Source: Botryllus schlosseri (taxonomy: Eukaryota). Taken from it: DNA of 64,000 bases. Each line of letters opens with the position of its first letter. The stretch's first letter is position 1. Below are positions 37,160-49,605 of this stretch, one piece after another. The stretch is taken from contig CM119371.1 of NCBI GenBank assembly GCA_051294905.1, positions 26,972,001 to 27,036,000 of the forward strand. Reading direction: 5' to 3'. The position numbers and the translations under genes are program-made. Under the pieces are notes generated by a model. The model saw nothing but the letters and a program-made list of their open reading frames with translations. It was not told where the DNA came from and made no database searches.

Positions 37160-38593
37160 TCAGAGGCCAGGGTGCGAATGCGACACTTGATCCAACGGTC
37201 GGTGCATCATACACAAAACCCCTCTGGCGACGTGACCGGCCGGTGGGTTGAACATGAACTGATGAATATCCGTCCATTGGGCCGTCGTCTTCATGGCAGT
37301 GCAGCAGCAATTGGTTGGATCGGGATAGCCTTCTCCCCACTGCACGTAAGCCCCTTCCGTTCCATCATCATTCAGAAGTCGACCAGTCTGCAAGGATTGT
37401 TTGGATTTTGGTAGATTGATGACAACACGTCACAACTCACCGCTCTGTCGTATGTCCAGTCCAACCAGCTATCGATGTAATTCTGATGGTCGTCGTTAGA
37501 CAAAGGCAAGATAAGAGTGCGAACGTGCTCTTCGATCATATTGTACAGCTTCTCGCTGTTAATGACGGCAGGTTCCCCACCGCGGGCGTGGCAGACGCTG
37601 TGAATCTCCGCGCAAGTCACTTGATCGCGAAGCTCGACCCAGTAGCAGATGTCCCCGTATCTGATGTGGCAAATATCTGCGACAAAAATCAAAACAAGGT
37701 CATTGACCGTGTGGCATTTAACCCTACCTTACAAACTGAAACCAAAAAACGCCTGAAGCTCGGTACACGCGACTGTAAGTGAAATAATCACATCATACAG
37801 GTATATGATACACGCTGGAGCGAACTGGGTTAATGCATACCTTCGGCTTTCTCCAGGAGTGCGATTCGCATCTTCATTTCAACCAAACCTAACGAGTGTG
37901 CAATGAATATTGACATTTCCCTGTAAATATTTGGTAGTCAAATACTCACTCGCGTTCAGCGCATCTCTCTCGTGTCGTACGTCCTCGACGTCCGCGAACA
38001 TGCTTTCGAAAACTGTATAAAGAAAATACATTAACGAAACGGCGCATGCGTGATAGTACGAAAATCAACCCACATTCTCTAGACTTGGGCGAGTCTAAAA
38101 ACTTTCCGAGTACTTTCTTGAATATCACAGAAAGCCGTTGCTGAAATCGCTCGAATTCGGCAGATAGCGCTAAAAGAAAAAAACGTGACATTTTTAATAC
38201 CGGCTAGATTTGAATAGTGACAGATTCACTGCTCACTTCTATTTCCCGCCTCGAGTTCACCCAAATGTAACACCAATTTCTCCCGATTCACCTCTGAGAA
38301 AACAGTGATAAAGATGTTAAGTAACGCTTCATTGACACCACCAACTACACACATCGTAGCGTACGTACTCAAAAACGCGGACAGCGTGTCGTACTCTTCC
38401 GTAAGCCTAGCGGTCTTCTGTAACAACGCATCGTGCTCATCGCCTGAGATGAGGTCATGTTGAGATAGCTATAAAGAGCCGCTATCATATAGGTCTTACC
38501 GATAACTGGATCAGACGCCGGAGATCTTTCATCGGGATGCTGCGCTCCAACGGAAACCGACAGTAAGAAACACATGGATAGAACGAAAATCAT
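37160..38593 (-). CDS. Secreted C-type lectin-like domain protein, paralog B (8 coding exons, 298 aa)
   Basis: Exons 38593-38500, 38443-38369, 38293-38237, 38169-38074, 38012-37950, 37888-37841, 37676-37441, 37387-37160. All introns are GT-AG and the frame is open. Signal MIFVLSMCFLLSVSVGA, helical stalk, CTLD DICHIRYGDICYW...VCHARGGEPA...DSWLDW...WGEGYPDPTNCCC...QFMFNPP...VLC. AATAAA directly after the stop. Confidence 0.9.
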
Positions 38594-39150
38594 GCTGCAG
38601 CGATCACTACCAAATACCAAATAACGCTGTTTTGCATAAAGAACAGGAGTTGACAATCATTACACTTATCTAAGACGCCATCATCCACACGCTACTGCAA
38701 ATCCCTTTCTATAGATGAGATTTACACTACGAGAGCAGGTCTCGACCGTTATTTTCTTTCTGAGCACAAACGCGAAGGTACTGCAACGTCGTTTTAAATA
38801 GCACAATCATAATTGAAGCGGGCGACTCGCCGAACTCAATAATCACAGGTAATTTAGATATGCGCACGACAATTGCATGAAAACAACAGCTCTCACGTTA
38901 AAAACGTCATATGTGCTTTGGGCGCATTGTCTTCGTTATATTTTTTATCAATTTGCACTCATGACGCACAATATAGTTGCTCGGTGTATGTCATAGAATT
39001 TGTGTCTACGTGTATATTTTTTACAGAGAAAGTGTATGTTTAGAACGGCTGAAATTTTACTGAATGACATACCATAATCTGAAGACCATACAATCCCCTT
39101 GTTCAGTGGCGAAGCTCACCTATCGATGCAACGTGCAGTTCGGGCGTAAC

Positions 39151-41282
39151 CAGCACTTTGGAGCAGCCGTAAATTTGCATCGCTCCAGCTCCGGAGCTTT
39201 CTTCTATCATACATTAGCTCCGGCTCCAGCTCCAGAGCCGCATTATTACCACTGCTCCGGCTCTGAAAACTATCGAAGGTGTCTGTCTATATCACGGTTG
39301 GGCAACCCATATGTGGCCCGCGAGAAGGTTTTGAGTTGCCCGCGAGCTGATTTCCCATTATATTATCGAAATTATGTTATATTATCGAAATAGAATTGCT
39401 CAGATTGTGAACTTGCAAGGCCAACCAAAAATATGATTAGTCTCGCCGCGACACTTGGGATGTTGAGGACAAAAATATCAGTTTCGAGGCATTGGCAGAT
39501 CCAGGGTCCAGTCACATTTTTAGTCAATCATCGTACATTACAATAAACTAAAATAGTAGTAAAATTTGTCACACGATTTTTTCCTTTGTAGCCTACCCTC
39601 ACCTGAAAATGAAGAAACGCCTGATTTAGCCAATTGAGTCTAACTATATTCGTAATTACGAGAGAAAGTATTTTCGCGTTCGCGCTCGCAGAACGATCGT
39701 CGGCGATGAAATGTATAGGCACAAAATGATTGTCGTATATTAGCGGAAATCTTCGATATCGATATCTCCAGATGCCGAATAGTCCTGTCCTTGCAAACCG
39801 AGCCCAGCGGGCGGTATACAGTCGACCCGCAATATACCCAAGTAATGATAATATTCACTTCGACAATTTTACGCGCCTGGCGCGGCTAGTGGGCAGCGCA
39901 CTCTTTCGTCAATTTCATGTGGCCCTTTAGCCGAAAAGGTTGGCCACCCCTGGTCTATATAGATTACTAATTTACCCGTAGGTTAGTTATCCATAGTAAT
40001 CTAGAGTCTGTCAGCCGTCAGTAACATCGGATACAGCAACGAAGACATAGGTGCCACCGTACCCGCTTGTGACGACATAATGAATACTTGTCAATTGTCG
40101 ATAACATAATAGTTCCACTAGAACGCCCTTTACTCCGTGCCATTGCTGTGTACAGCATTAAAATTCTAATGCGGCGTTTTAACACTGGCACTGTACTCGT
40201 TAACATTAAGTCAATTTAATTTTTAAGCGTGCGTTTATTATCCAACTGTAACTCTAGTAAGAGCAATATGGGCGGATATAACGACGTGATCAATAGAAAT
40301 TCGATTTGTACCAAATGGTCAATGGTTTGACGTTCGATATTGGTGCACTCGTTACCAGTTCAACCGGTGTTGATCAAGTTTATCTGAATATAATATTTTC
40401 CGGTTGAAACATATCGAATAATCGAATTAAACACTGTGCCATGCACATTGCGACATGCCCATAACGAATTAAACTATGCAGTATGCACAGTGCGCGATAA
40501 TCTGGGAATACTAGAGTATCAAGCAGACATCAAGAATGAATTAACGAAACAGATGATTACAAATTGGAGATCGCGTATCAAATCAGTAATTTGTCTCCAA
40601 CATAAAATACCATGGGGTTTTGGGCTAGTCTTCTGACATCCCCCATTTACGCTCAAACATCCTTACTGGAGTGAATGACGATGATGCGCAGTAATGAATT
40701 CAAATTAGCATGCATAATTACATACCCAATAACACTGTCCAATTTCGCGGCCCGATTAAAGAACTATCACGAAAGAACGAGTACGAGAACGAAATCACGT
40801 TTTTATCCTCTCTCCCATATCGCGTAATTTATAGTGATCATTATTTTCAAACCGAATACAATTGACCAACAAGGTTGTGCTGATGATGAAATTGCGGGTA
40901 TGCCGAATACGCACAATATTCACAGGCATATTTGGCATACCGAGGCTCAGCACTCATGTATGAAAATTGAACATTGAACATATACGACTGCTCTGCTGTT
41001 AAATCCCCAGGAACATGTTTAGTCAGAAAAGGTAGCGCCAAAGAGGAAAATATTTTTAATTTCGCGAAGGCCTGCTATTGAATTATGTGAACTCAGCAGG
41101 TATGGTTGTTGCATGTATAATAACATCTTATGGAATACGTCGGAGCCGGAGCTACCCCTCAAATAACTGGATCCAGCTCCGGCTCCGGCTGAATTTTATG
41201 TAGAGCTCCGGCTCCGGCTCCGGTGAAAATGCACGACTCCGGGGCTCCGGCTCCTGGCTCCGTCTCCGGCTCCAAAGCCCTG
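39151..41282. mobile_element. Non-autonomous hAT element with GGCTCC subterminal repeats
   Basis: Termini CAGCACTTTGGAGC...GCTCCAAAGCCCTG. TSD GGCGTAAC/GTCGTAAC. Confidence 0.85.
39293..39952. mobile_element. hAT-Charlie/Buster-type MITE nested in 39151-41282
   Basis: Termini CACGGTTGGGCAACC...GGTTGGCCACCCCTG. TSD GTCTATAT (39285-39292, 39953-39960). Confidence 0.9.
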
Positions 41283-41319
41283 GTCGTAACAAACTATATT
41301 TGAAGTGCGGTCATTCGGG

Positions 41320-41775
41320 CGGGGTATGGGCCGGAGTCGGATTGGATATCCGGCCGGATTTTCTCATTTTGGCCGGATCCGGTTAGGAGCCGGATAGGTA
41401 CTTTTTCTAGTACGCCTGGAGTCAGATCGGAGCCGGATCAGTACTTTTGACTAGTATTTATGACAGCCTTACCCTCTTCCACCCTCCATTCAATAGTTAA
41501 TGTTAAAGGTTCATGGAAATAAACCACATGCTAAGTCCAAGTTGGCATAATTGCTTCAGATAACGGGTTGGTTTGATCTTTGAGTTTTTAATTAGGCTAC
41601 CTGTTTGCATTGTTTCAACAAATATCCAATACCATTTTGTGTGGTAAATAAATATTATTGGAGTTTTTCGGATCGGATCACGGTCATTTCTAGAGTCCTG
41701 CCTAGAAGTCGGACCAGAGCTTTAAAAACAGAATCGGAGTAGAACCAGAGAATTTGTCGATCCGCTATGCACTAG
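41320..41775. repeat. Decayed MITE-like element with CCGGAT/CGGA subterminal repeats
   Basis: Clusters of CCGGAT/TCGGA at 41330-41440 and 41668-41765. Similar motifs at 45980-46040. Termini not resolved. Confidence 0.45.
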
Positions 41776-42256
41776 CTAGGCACACATCGAATCATCTTTA
41801 CAAATAGTTGCTTGGAACCATAGCTGCTACAGCGCCAAGTAATACGAAATTTCCAATGAAAACACGCATTTGTATAAGGTAATAGTTGATAAACTTAGCT
41901 ACGATATAATTGGGTTACATGGACCTAAATGAAATAGAAGTTGATTTGCTTGAGAGTACATTTCAATACGTAAAAAATATCTGGTATGACATTTCAATAT
42001 CGTCTGACTAGGTGATAGGTTTTAGGCAAGGATAGTGTATAATTATATTGTCACGCTAAGTGCGTGTGCTGTGTGCACTGAAAACTGTTCGTGTTCGAAG
42101 AAGGATTAGCTTTGATTGAAGGCTAGGGCTAAAGTTTACTTCAGGGCGGGCTAACCCGCGGCCGTATAAGGTAATTTGTGCGGCCGTCGACACGTAATTC
42201 AATTAGTATGTGTTGGCGGCCGTCGACACGCATATGTAACTTATACGAATTGACAC

Positions 42257-43819
42257 CAGAGTTGGATCAATTACATTATTTCAGTTCAATTACAATTACA
42301 ATTACAATTACTTTCATGCATGTTTCAATTACATTACAATTACAATTACTCCATGCTAAAAATTACAATTACAATTACAATTACTCCTTGCATGCTTCAA
42401 TTACATTACAATTACAATTACAATTGCTGCTGTTGAACATGTAATTGAATAATCATAAATTCAACCGTGCTCCTTGACAACCGTAGCGTCGTATTTAACA
42501 ACAATTCAAGTCTAGTTCAGATTGTGTAGTAATAAATGCGTTTATGTGCGTACATACTACATGGTATGCTATGTAAGATGTCATTGTGACGTAATATAAG
42601 CGTGTTTTGTATGCTCGGTAATTATGGCTCACGTAATTGGAAATGTAAAATGTTATTTACCTAATTTCCTATGGGTTAGGATTAAGGATTGGGTGCAGTA
42701 TGTCGTTGAAAAGTATTATACTATATGCACGTGTGGGATTTGCGTATATAGTATATAATTAAAGAAATAATATTATTTTTATCGAGCGACGTAGGAATTA
42801 GGATGAGGAGTAAAAACAAAACCGTGCTTTGTCAGATAAGACGTTATATAATATCCAGTGGTCTGGTTAGTTAGCCAGACGAAGTAACGATGCAGCATCG
42901 GGATCTGAAATCGTATTGTAGATTGCCAACCCACGGATAGATGCGCAAGATGTGAGTCACGGATGAATGCACCGACAAACGTATTGCACAGCCTGCTAAA
43001 AGCAGCAAACTTTGTAGTCCTAGAGCTGGCGATTAATGCGTCCAAATTTGATGCATCTGGTCTTTATCGTAAGCTATTGATGTATTAATTCCGAAAATAC
43101 AAAATAAAATCTTGTCAGGGCAATGTAACTGCTCCAAAATAGCCGTTTAAGGCCGACTGTTCTGAAAAGTGAGAGCGCTGCAGCAGCATGACCACAACAA
43201 TTACCAATTACGCCCAGCGATTGTTCAGAAGAATGCCGATTCCCAGACTTTCACGACTATTTTGGGATGGTACCATTGCCTGGAAATATACTTTTATTGC
43301 GGAATCAGTGCGACACTAGCTTTCGATTAGGACCATTGATATCAAATTTCGACGCTTGGATCGCCAGCTATGGGACTATCAATTCTGCTGCTTTTAGCCG
43401 GCTCAGCAGTTCGCTTCTCGGCGTATTCAATCGTGAGTCACGTGTTGCGAATCCATCCGTTGGTTAGTAATCTAAACATTGTATACAATGGCAGCCGAGG
43501 CCAGCATAGCGGTAAAAATAAAAATAAACTTCGCTCGCAAGGGCGCAGTCAAGGGCTTCGCGAATGGATCCACCAAATTCCTTGTCGTCATTTAAAGAGA
43601 ATGCATTATAATTCAATTCTTCTATGTTGTGCTTGTCAGGTCTCAATAGCAACTTAATATAATTGAAATTGTAATTGAGCAAAATTTTTGTCGAATTACA
43701 ATTACAATTACAATTACACAAAATAAAAATGCTTCAATTACAATTAAATTACAATTACATTGAAAAATGTAATTAATTACATTCAATTACAATTACAAAT
43801 TACAATTGATCCAACTCTG
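42257..43819. mobile_element. hAT-type MITE with (AATTAC)n subterminal arrays
   Basis: Termini CAGAGTTGGATCAATT...AATTGATCCAACTCTG. TSD ATTGACAC (42249-42256, 43820-43827). Confidence 0.93.
42925..43467. mobile_element. Foldback MITE nested in 42257-43819
   Basis: 42925-43100 is an imperfect reverse complement of 43293-43467 (GCTAAAAGCAGCA/TGCTGCTTTTAGC; AGCTGGCGAT/ATCGCCAGCT). Confidence 0.7.
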
Positions 43820-44887
43820 ATTGACACCCGAATTTTTGAGAGATATCGATTAATCGTGAAATTTTCTTCGCGCGATTCGATGTGATTTCATTTTTCGACT
43901 TTAATATAGTAGCGCCTTTCGCAATCTGATCCCCACAGTACAGATGCGAACAGCAGAGAAAATGATGTGTCCCATATTATATGGGCCATATATAAATACA
44001 AACTTCGAATCGTGTGCTCGTCATTTATGAAATTTGTTTCTAGTAGCTTACGTTTGGGCGCTCCAACACCGTTCCACAATTCCGACAATCCCGATGCGAG
44101 GTCAAGAAATAACAGCATGCAACTAAAGACATGGATAATAACAATTGGGCCACCCGAAGATGAATAAATATACATAACTTAACCCAAATTTTCCAAAACA
44201 CACCCTCCATCCACTCTACCAGTAAATTTGATTACATGGGCTGAGTGAGGATAAATATTTGATAGAAATATGTGCTTTTGTGCAACTAATAATATTATTG
44301 ACGAATTCATTGGTGAATATGGAAGATTTTCGTGCATTCCGCGATCATAACGATTCCCAGCAACTGTTTGTAACATGACCACTCACGATCTCGGTGCGTA
44401 TAGTAAGCCGATATGAAAATATATTAGTTCGCAGTTCACCGGAAATGAACATGGGCAGTTCAACATGGGTATTTGCAGTTTAGTTAGTCCATGCGGCCGT
44501 AGGGTACATAAGTAATCGAAATGCAGCCGTGAATAGCAGGTTGGCCACCCCTGGTTTACTTGGACGAATATTAGACTCAGTAGACGTTGTATACAATACA
44601 TACAAGCTTATTAAGGCAATGAAATGTGTTTAGTATCAAGTATGGCGCGTAATCATCACTACAATTATACGGACATAAAGGTAGAATGGTCAGTAACGAA
44701 GTACTGCTGCTCTTTACGGATTACTGCTACTTGTGCTAGTTACTCATGTGGGTATTAATTTCGTGTACTTTCACGTTTCGTGAGCAGATTCGAGGCAAAA
44801 TTACTGACAATATGCATGCAATTTACAATTTCAGTCGCTCAAAACCATATTTAGAGCAAGTTCGAATCTCTTTCATGTGTGGAGTAG

Positions 44888-45740
44888 TCATAAAAAGTCA
44901 TAAGAAGTCATAAAAGTCATAAAATTATTAGGGCGACTTCTTGACATGTCTAAATAAGTCAAAATCTTGCCAAAATTGTAGCGTTAGGTCAAAAAATCGT
45001 CAAAATTGTATACAAAGTCAATTTATTTTTGCAACATGCATTGGTTTGCATCGAAGATGTTTGCATTGTCAGTGAACTTATCATTGGACAATTAGCAGCT
45101 TGTAGCCAACTTCATAGGCATATACCGTTGTAGACTGTCAATTGTCCGCTCATTCTGAATCATAAACGGTCAAATGAAACAGATAGGCTAAGCCGACGTG
45201 CTGTTATGCACAACGTACCGCAATATCCTAATTGAAGCAAGACGGCTTGAGCATTGGTTCTTATATCGAGATGCGCATGATGAAAAATTGTGATGTAGCT
45301 TGTGGACATAATTGTCAGAATGAAGCAACACGGTGTGTCACCAGAAGTGTACGCACAACTTGCTGTGTTGCCAGCCTATAACTGCTGCTGTTAACGTTCT
45401 TTCTTAATTCTTGACAAGCTACTTAGTAAGGACGGACACGTTTTACCAGAGAATGTAGGAAAGTATCTTTCGTTGCACAACGACAAATTTTAATTATTTC
45501 TACCATATTGCGTAGTTCTACGTACTTCCAGATATCCTTAAAAGGAAGTATTTTCTTTTACAATTCTGTCAGTTTTTAAGTCAAAATGTTTTCTCATGCA
45601 AAACTACTTTGAAAGGACAGACAGCTCCAACCAGGAATGAAGAGGAGGAGTGCAATTCCTAACATTATCTGCTATTACATCTAATTTACATACATGAGGG
45701 TAAATGTTGGTCCAAATTAAGTTTTCTGAGGTCGAAAAAT
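44888..45740 (+). mobile_element. Degenerate hAT remnant, uninterrupted paralog of 1100-2825
   Basis: AAGTCATA subterminal repeats at 44888-44925. Decayed CQPITAAV..SF motif at 45365-45480. Single ATTTACAT at 45684-45691. Confidence 0.75.
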
Positions 45741-47377
45741 TTCAAACCCTTCTGTTCATGTCAATTCTTTCTGTGTTTTAGGCAAAAATAAATCACCTCA
45801 CTCATTATACAACCATCACGACAACTGCTGAATATAGTTGCGAAGATCAAACATATATTTGTGGTTTCGTTTGTATTCTTGAGTGGGTCACGAAGATGCA
45901 GCATGCAATTTTGAAGGTAGCCACTTCCGATAATTACCAACAGTATGGGAATTAGTGCTGGGCAGTTCGTCAAATTTCCTAGTCCGACTACGAGCCTGAT
46001 CTTTTTAAATGGAATCCGGCTCTGATGCCAATCCGGCTATATCAGAAAAAAGTATGAGTATGGCTACAATCTGGTGCTGGAAATACATAAAAATACCCTG
46101 CTAACATACACAAATGATCTCGCGCATATCCAGCCAATGGACCACCCATGCCTCGACCGAGTAGGAGCCTCCGACGGATCATACTTTATGAAATTACTTA
46201 TCTGACTACCATTCATACTTTTCATTTTTTAATCCACTTAGCTGTAGCTTCATTTTGTCCGGGAAATCGATAATTTCCGTTGATATTAAGCGGGAATTTG
46301 TGGCATTACGTCTACTTCTACTTGGGTAACAAGGCTGACTACTAATACCACCTTTGTGACATGAATTTGTCCCGAACAGGAGTAGCAAAAGAAATAATAG
46401 TCATCGAGTGCATCTCGGACGACTCTCGCTCAACTCGAGTGTATAATTGGGTCTTGAACCTGAAGTCAATTCGTGTATATTTCCAAATATCTTGTGACAC
46501 CCTTAATCGATGCAGAGCGTGATAGTTTCGTTTTTGAGCTAGCATCACTCGTGAGGTAATCATGATCCAGTTCCGGAGCTGTTTCTGGAATGTTTGCCCG
46601 AATTCTGAGTAATTGTTTTAATGCGGTATTCATGATCTAGAACAGTGATCCCCATCCTTTCTCGGTGTATACATTAGTAATAATTTCCACCATGTCATAT
46701 ATGACACTAAGAACAGAATATTACGATAGAGATGAGCATAGCATCGTATTAAAAGTCTGATTCTCATGAATTTCGCAGGAACTATGCCGTTCGATCGACT
46801 CTCTTCCGTCAACCGCTAATTGTTCCGACAGAAAACTGGGTAGCTAAACATCAAAATCTTGTATGTGCACGCCAGCTGAATTATTCATTTCCACAAATTA
46901 TACTTCGTTCCACACTGTCTACGTAACTGTTTCTCGGCTCAGAAAATTCTGAGCAGTCCAGCAATGCTTTAAGCAACAAGTTGATTTACGTAGGCTACCA
47001 ACGCAAGATCTGTCCCAACCAGAACATGAAGCCGCTCAAGATTGGATTTCAATCCAGTCCTATCATCTTGCTCGAAGTCTCGTGTACTGTTACTAACTAC
47101 TCTTGCTTATTTACTTGGGTAATCTTTTAGACCGGACGCAGATGCAAAGGCGAAAGTGATTCCATACCAAATTCAGCTCCACGGAAAACCAATCGATTGA
47201 GAACCGTATTAGCTGGGATTCCTGAAATCTGCGAACCTTGTTCTGCTATCTAGTGTAGGCTACTTGACACGTTGAGCTACTAACTAGCAAATAGCTATGG
47301 CTAGCGTTCTACGGCATCGAAGAGATCAAGGTAGAGTTTGTATTTCAACAGCAGCACAAATTGATATGCACATCAAC

Positions 47378-49605
47378 TCATTTCTCGCAGATAACGCTTT
47401 TAGCTTGATGCCCATGCGGGGGATTGAACATGTCCTGGTAGACTGCGTCCCACTGTGAAGAAACTTTGACAGCCATGCAGCAGCAAGCGGAATGACGCGG
47501 ATGACCGGGCATCCATTTGACGTAACCCGCACGACCACCGTCTGGGAGCACGACGTGGTTCGTCTTGAAGAGAAATGATTGGTTTACACACATATTTCAA
47601 GCGTATGCCACCAACTGTAAGCAAACCTGTGGATGGTACGACGAGACGATCCAGCTGTCCAGGTAATTTTCGCGAGGCGATGATGGTTTGATGACTACGA
47701 CGGATCGGATGAAGCGGACAAGCTCGTTGTAATGAAGTTGAGAGTAGAACGACGCTGGTTTGCCACCACCTTCAGAGCAAATATCCGCTATTTCGTCGCA
47801 GCCGATCTTCTCTCCTTCCCGAATTTCAAGCCAAAAGCATTTTCCGTTGTACTTCACGGAACAGAATCCTGGAAATGGATACCCCGCGTTTCAAAACCTA
47901 CGACATACTGCCACCAAGCGTACAAGTCGCATATCTAGTAATCGGCACTATCCAACCACCAAGCGTACAAGTCGCATATCTAGTAATCGGCACTATCCAA
48001 TGGGTTCAAATAGAGTCGCATGGTAAAACCAAGCCAATAAGCTCCATTATCTAGTAACGGGCACTATCCAATGGGTCAGATAGTTGCGCAATGCGCATAC
48101 TTAAATTTCCATGAACATCCAACAGGGCTAGTCGGTTCCTTTACTGGTCCCACAATTCTCAGCGATATTAGGTGACGGTACAGAGTTCTTACGACGCGCT
48201 TCAATCCTCGATTATCTGCACATACATATTGCGCGTATTTCGTATTTGAAGTGCTATTTCCGGGTTTCACCGGCATTCACATCCATTCTAACAGGTGTAT
48301 TGTAGTCATAAATTCTCGCAAATTCGTACCGTACATAGCAAGGACGTTACTGGTCGGGGACGGTACACAACAATGAACCGACTCCTCATGTGGGATGCAT
48401 ATCTACGAGTTTTTATATACAGAAGTCCCGGTCACCAATTTGAATCGAGTGTAAAACTGATTTGAGTGTGAAAGTAAAATTTCAAACCATAAAGGAACTC
48501 CACCCAATTTGTATCCAACGCTATATAGCGAAAATGAGCGATATATAGGAGTTACGTTTGCAGTGGACCAACATGGTTACAGTGCACTAAGATTGTTATA
48601 ATCACCTTGTTTATCCCCGACGCTTAGTATCCCCTCGTCCAAGCTTTGAGCACCTGAAAAATAAGTCAATGACACAGAATGCAACGCGGATACGAAACCG
48701 ACCCTCACTTACGTGATCTCAAATCTCGCAGTAGGGATTTCGCGCGAACCACTCTGAGATCGTGAGATTCGAGCACTGAAAAATAATGTTGAATTACTGC
48801 GCAATACTGTTCATGGACGTTTGCACGCTTCTATAATCACTCGTCGAGTTCGTGCTCGCGTCGATCGCCCAGCTGTACACCGAATTCGCGGTCAGCGGTA
48901 GAATTCTCGCCATGCCTTCCTCGATATGTGCGGTCGCGTGATCTGTGAATGGTGAAATTACATCGACATGCTAGATTGGAGCCGTGGGCGCTCGAACATG
49001 CGCCACTTTGAAGCAGGCAGGGCTGCGTTGAGGCTAGTTCACGGGCCGATAAAGTGACATGCTTGCAACTTGCAAGTCGAAAGCGTTATTGCTCAGTTCT
49101 TTGTCAAACTGCGTGGCATGCTCAAAACGTCCTGACAACTGTTGAAAGGATCGAACCCGCGCAGCGAAACGAGCTCCAACTGTCCCCTCAGTAAAGGCAT
49201 AACTTACCGAGGTCTTCCTCCAAGTAAAATTTCTGCAAGTCCTCATTCGACTCTGTTGAATGAATGGATACGGTAGTCACGTGTTGAACGGTATATTAAC
49301 ACTTGGACCTTTATAAGACGATCCAACCTATACTGGTACCTGCAAGCTTTTTTAGCTCAGCCAATCCTTCTTCAGTCGCGTTGATTTTAGTATACAATCG
49401 AGAGTGCAGACCGGCAGAGTCTAAAGAGATGAACACGTACGTTGAAACCTATTCCCAAAAAGCTCGGTACATGATTACCATCGACGTCAGTCGATCTGGC
49501 CACTCGCTCCACTAGGCCATCAACAGACTCGACAATTAGATCACCCGACACGAACAATCGCAGAGACAACAGAGTCCAAAAGAAAACCGAACTGAATACG
49601 ACCAT
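47378..49605 (-). CDS. Secreted C-type lectin-like domain protein, paralog C (8 coding exons, 297 aa; possible extra cassette exon)
   Basis: Exons 49605-49479, 49420-49340, 49252-49208, 48942-48841, 48775-48713, 48653-48606, 47868-47627, 47563-47378. All introns are GT-AG and the frame is open. Signal MVVFSSVFFWTLLSLRLFVSG. CTLD GFCSVKYNGKCFW...ICSEGGGKPA...DSWI...WMPGHPRHSACCC...QDMFNPP...VICEK*. The 63- and 48-nt exons match paralog B. Confidence 0.85.
47911..48000. repeat. Perfect 45-bp tandem duplication in an intron of lectin paralog C
   Basis: CCACCAAGCGTACAAGTCGCATATCTAGTAATCGGCACTATCCAA occurs twice, with a partial third copy at 48048-48076. Confidence 0.95.

Larger units (their letters stand above)
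42142..44553. mobile_element. hAT-Charlie/Buster-type non-autonomous element with nested insertion
   Basis: Termini CAGGGCGGGCTAACC...GGTTGGCCACCCCTG with GCGGCCGT subterminal motifs. TSD GTTTACTT (42134-42141, 44554-44561). Confidence 0.9.
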
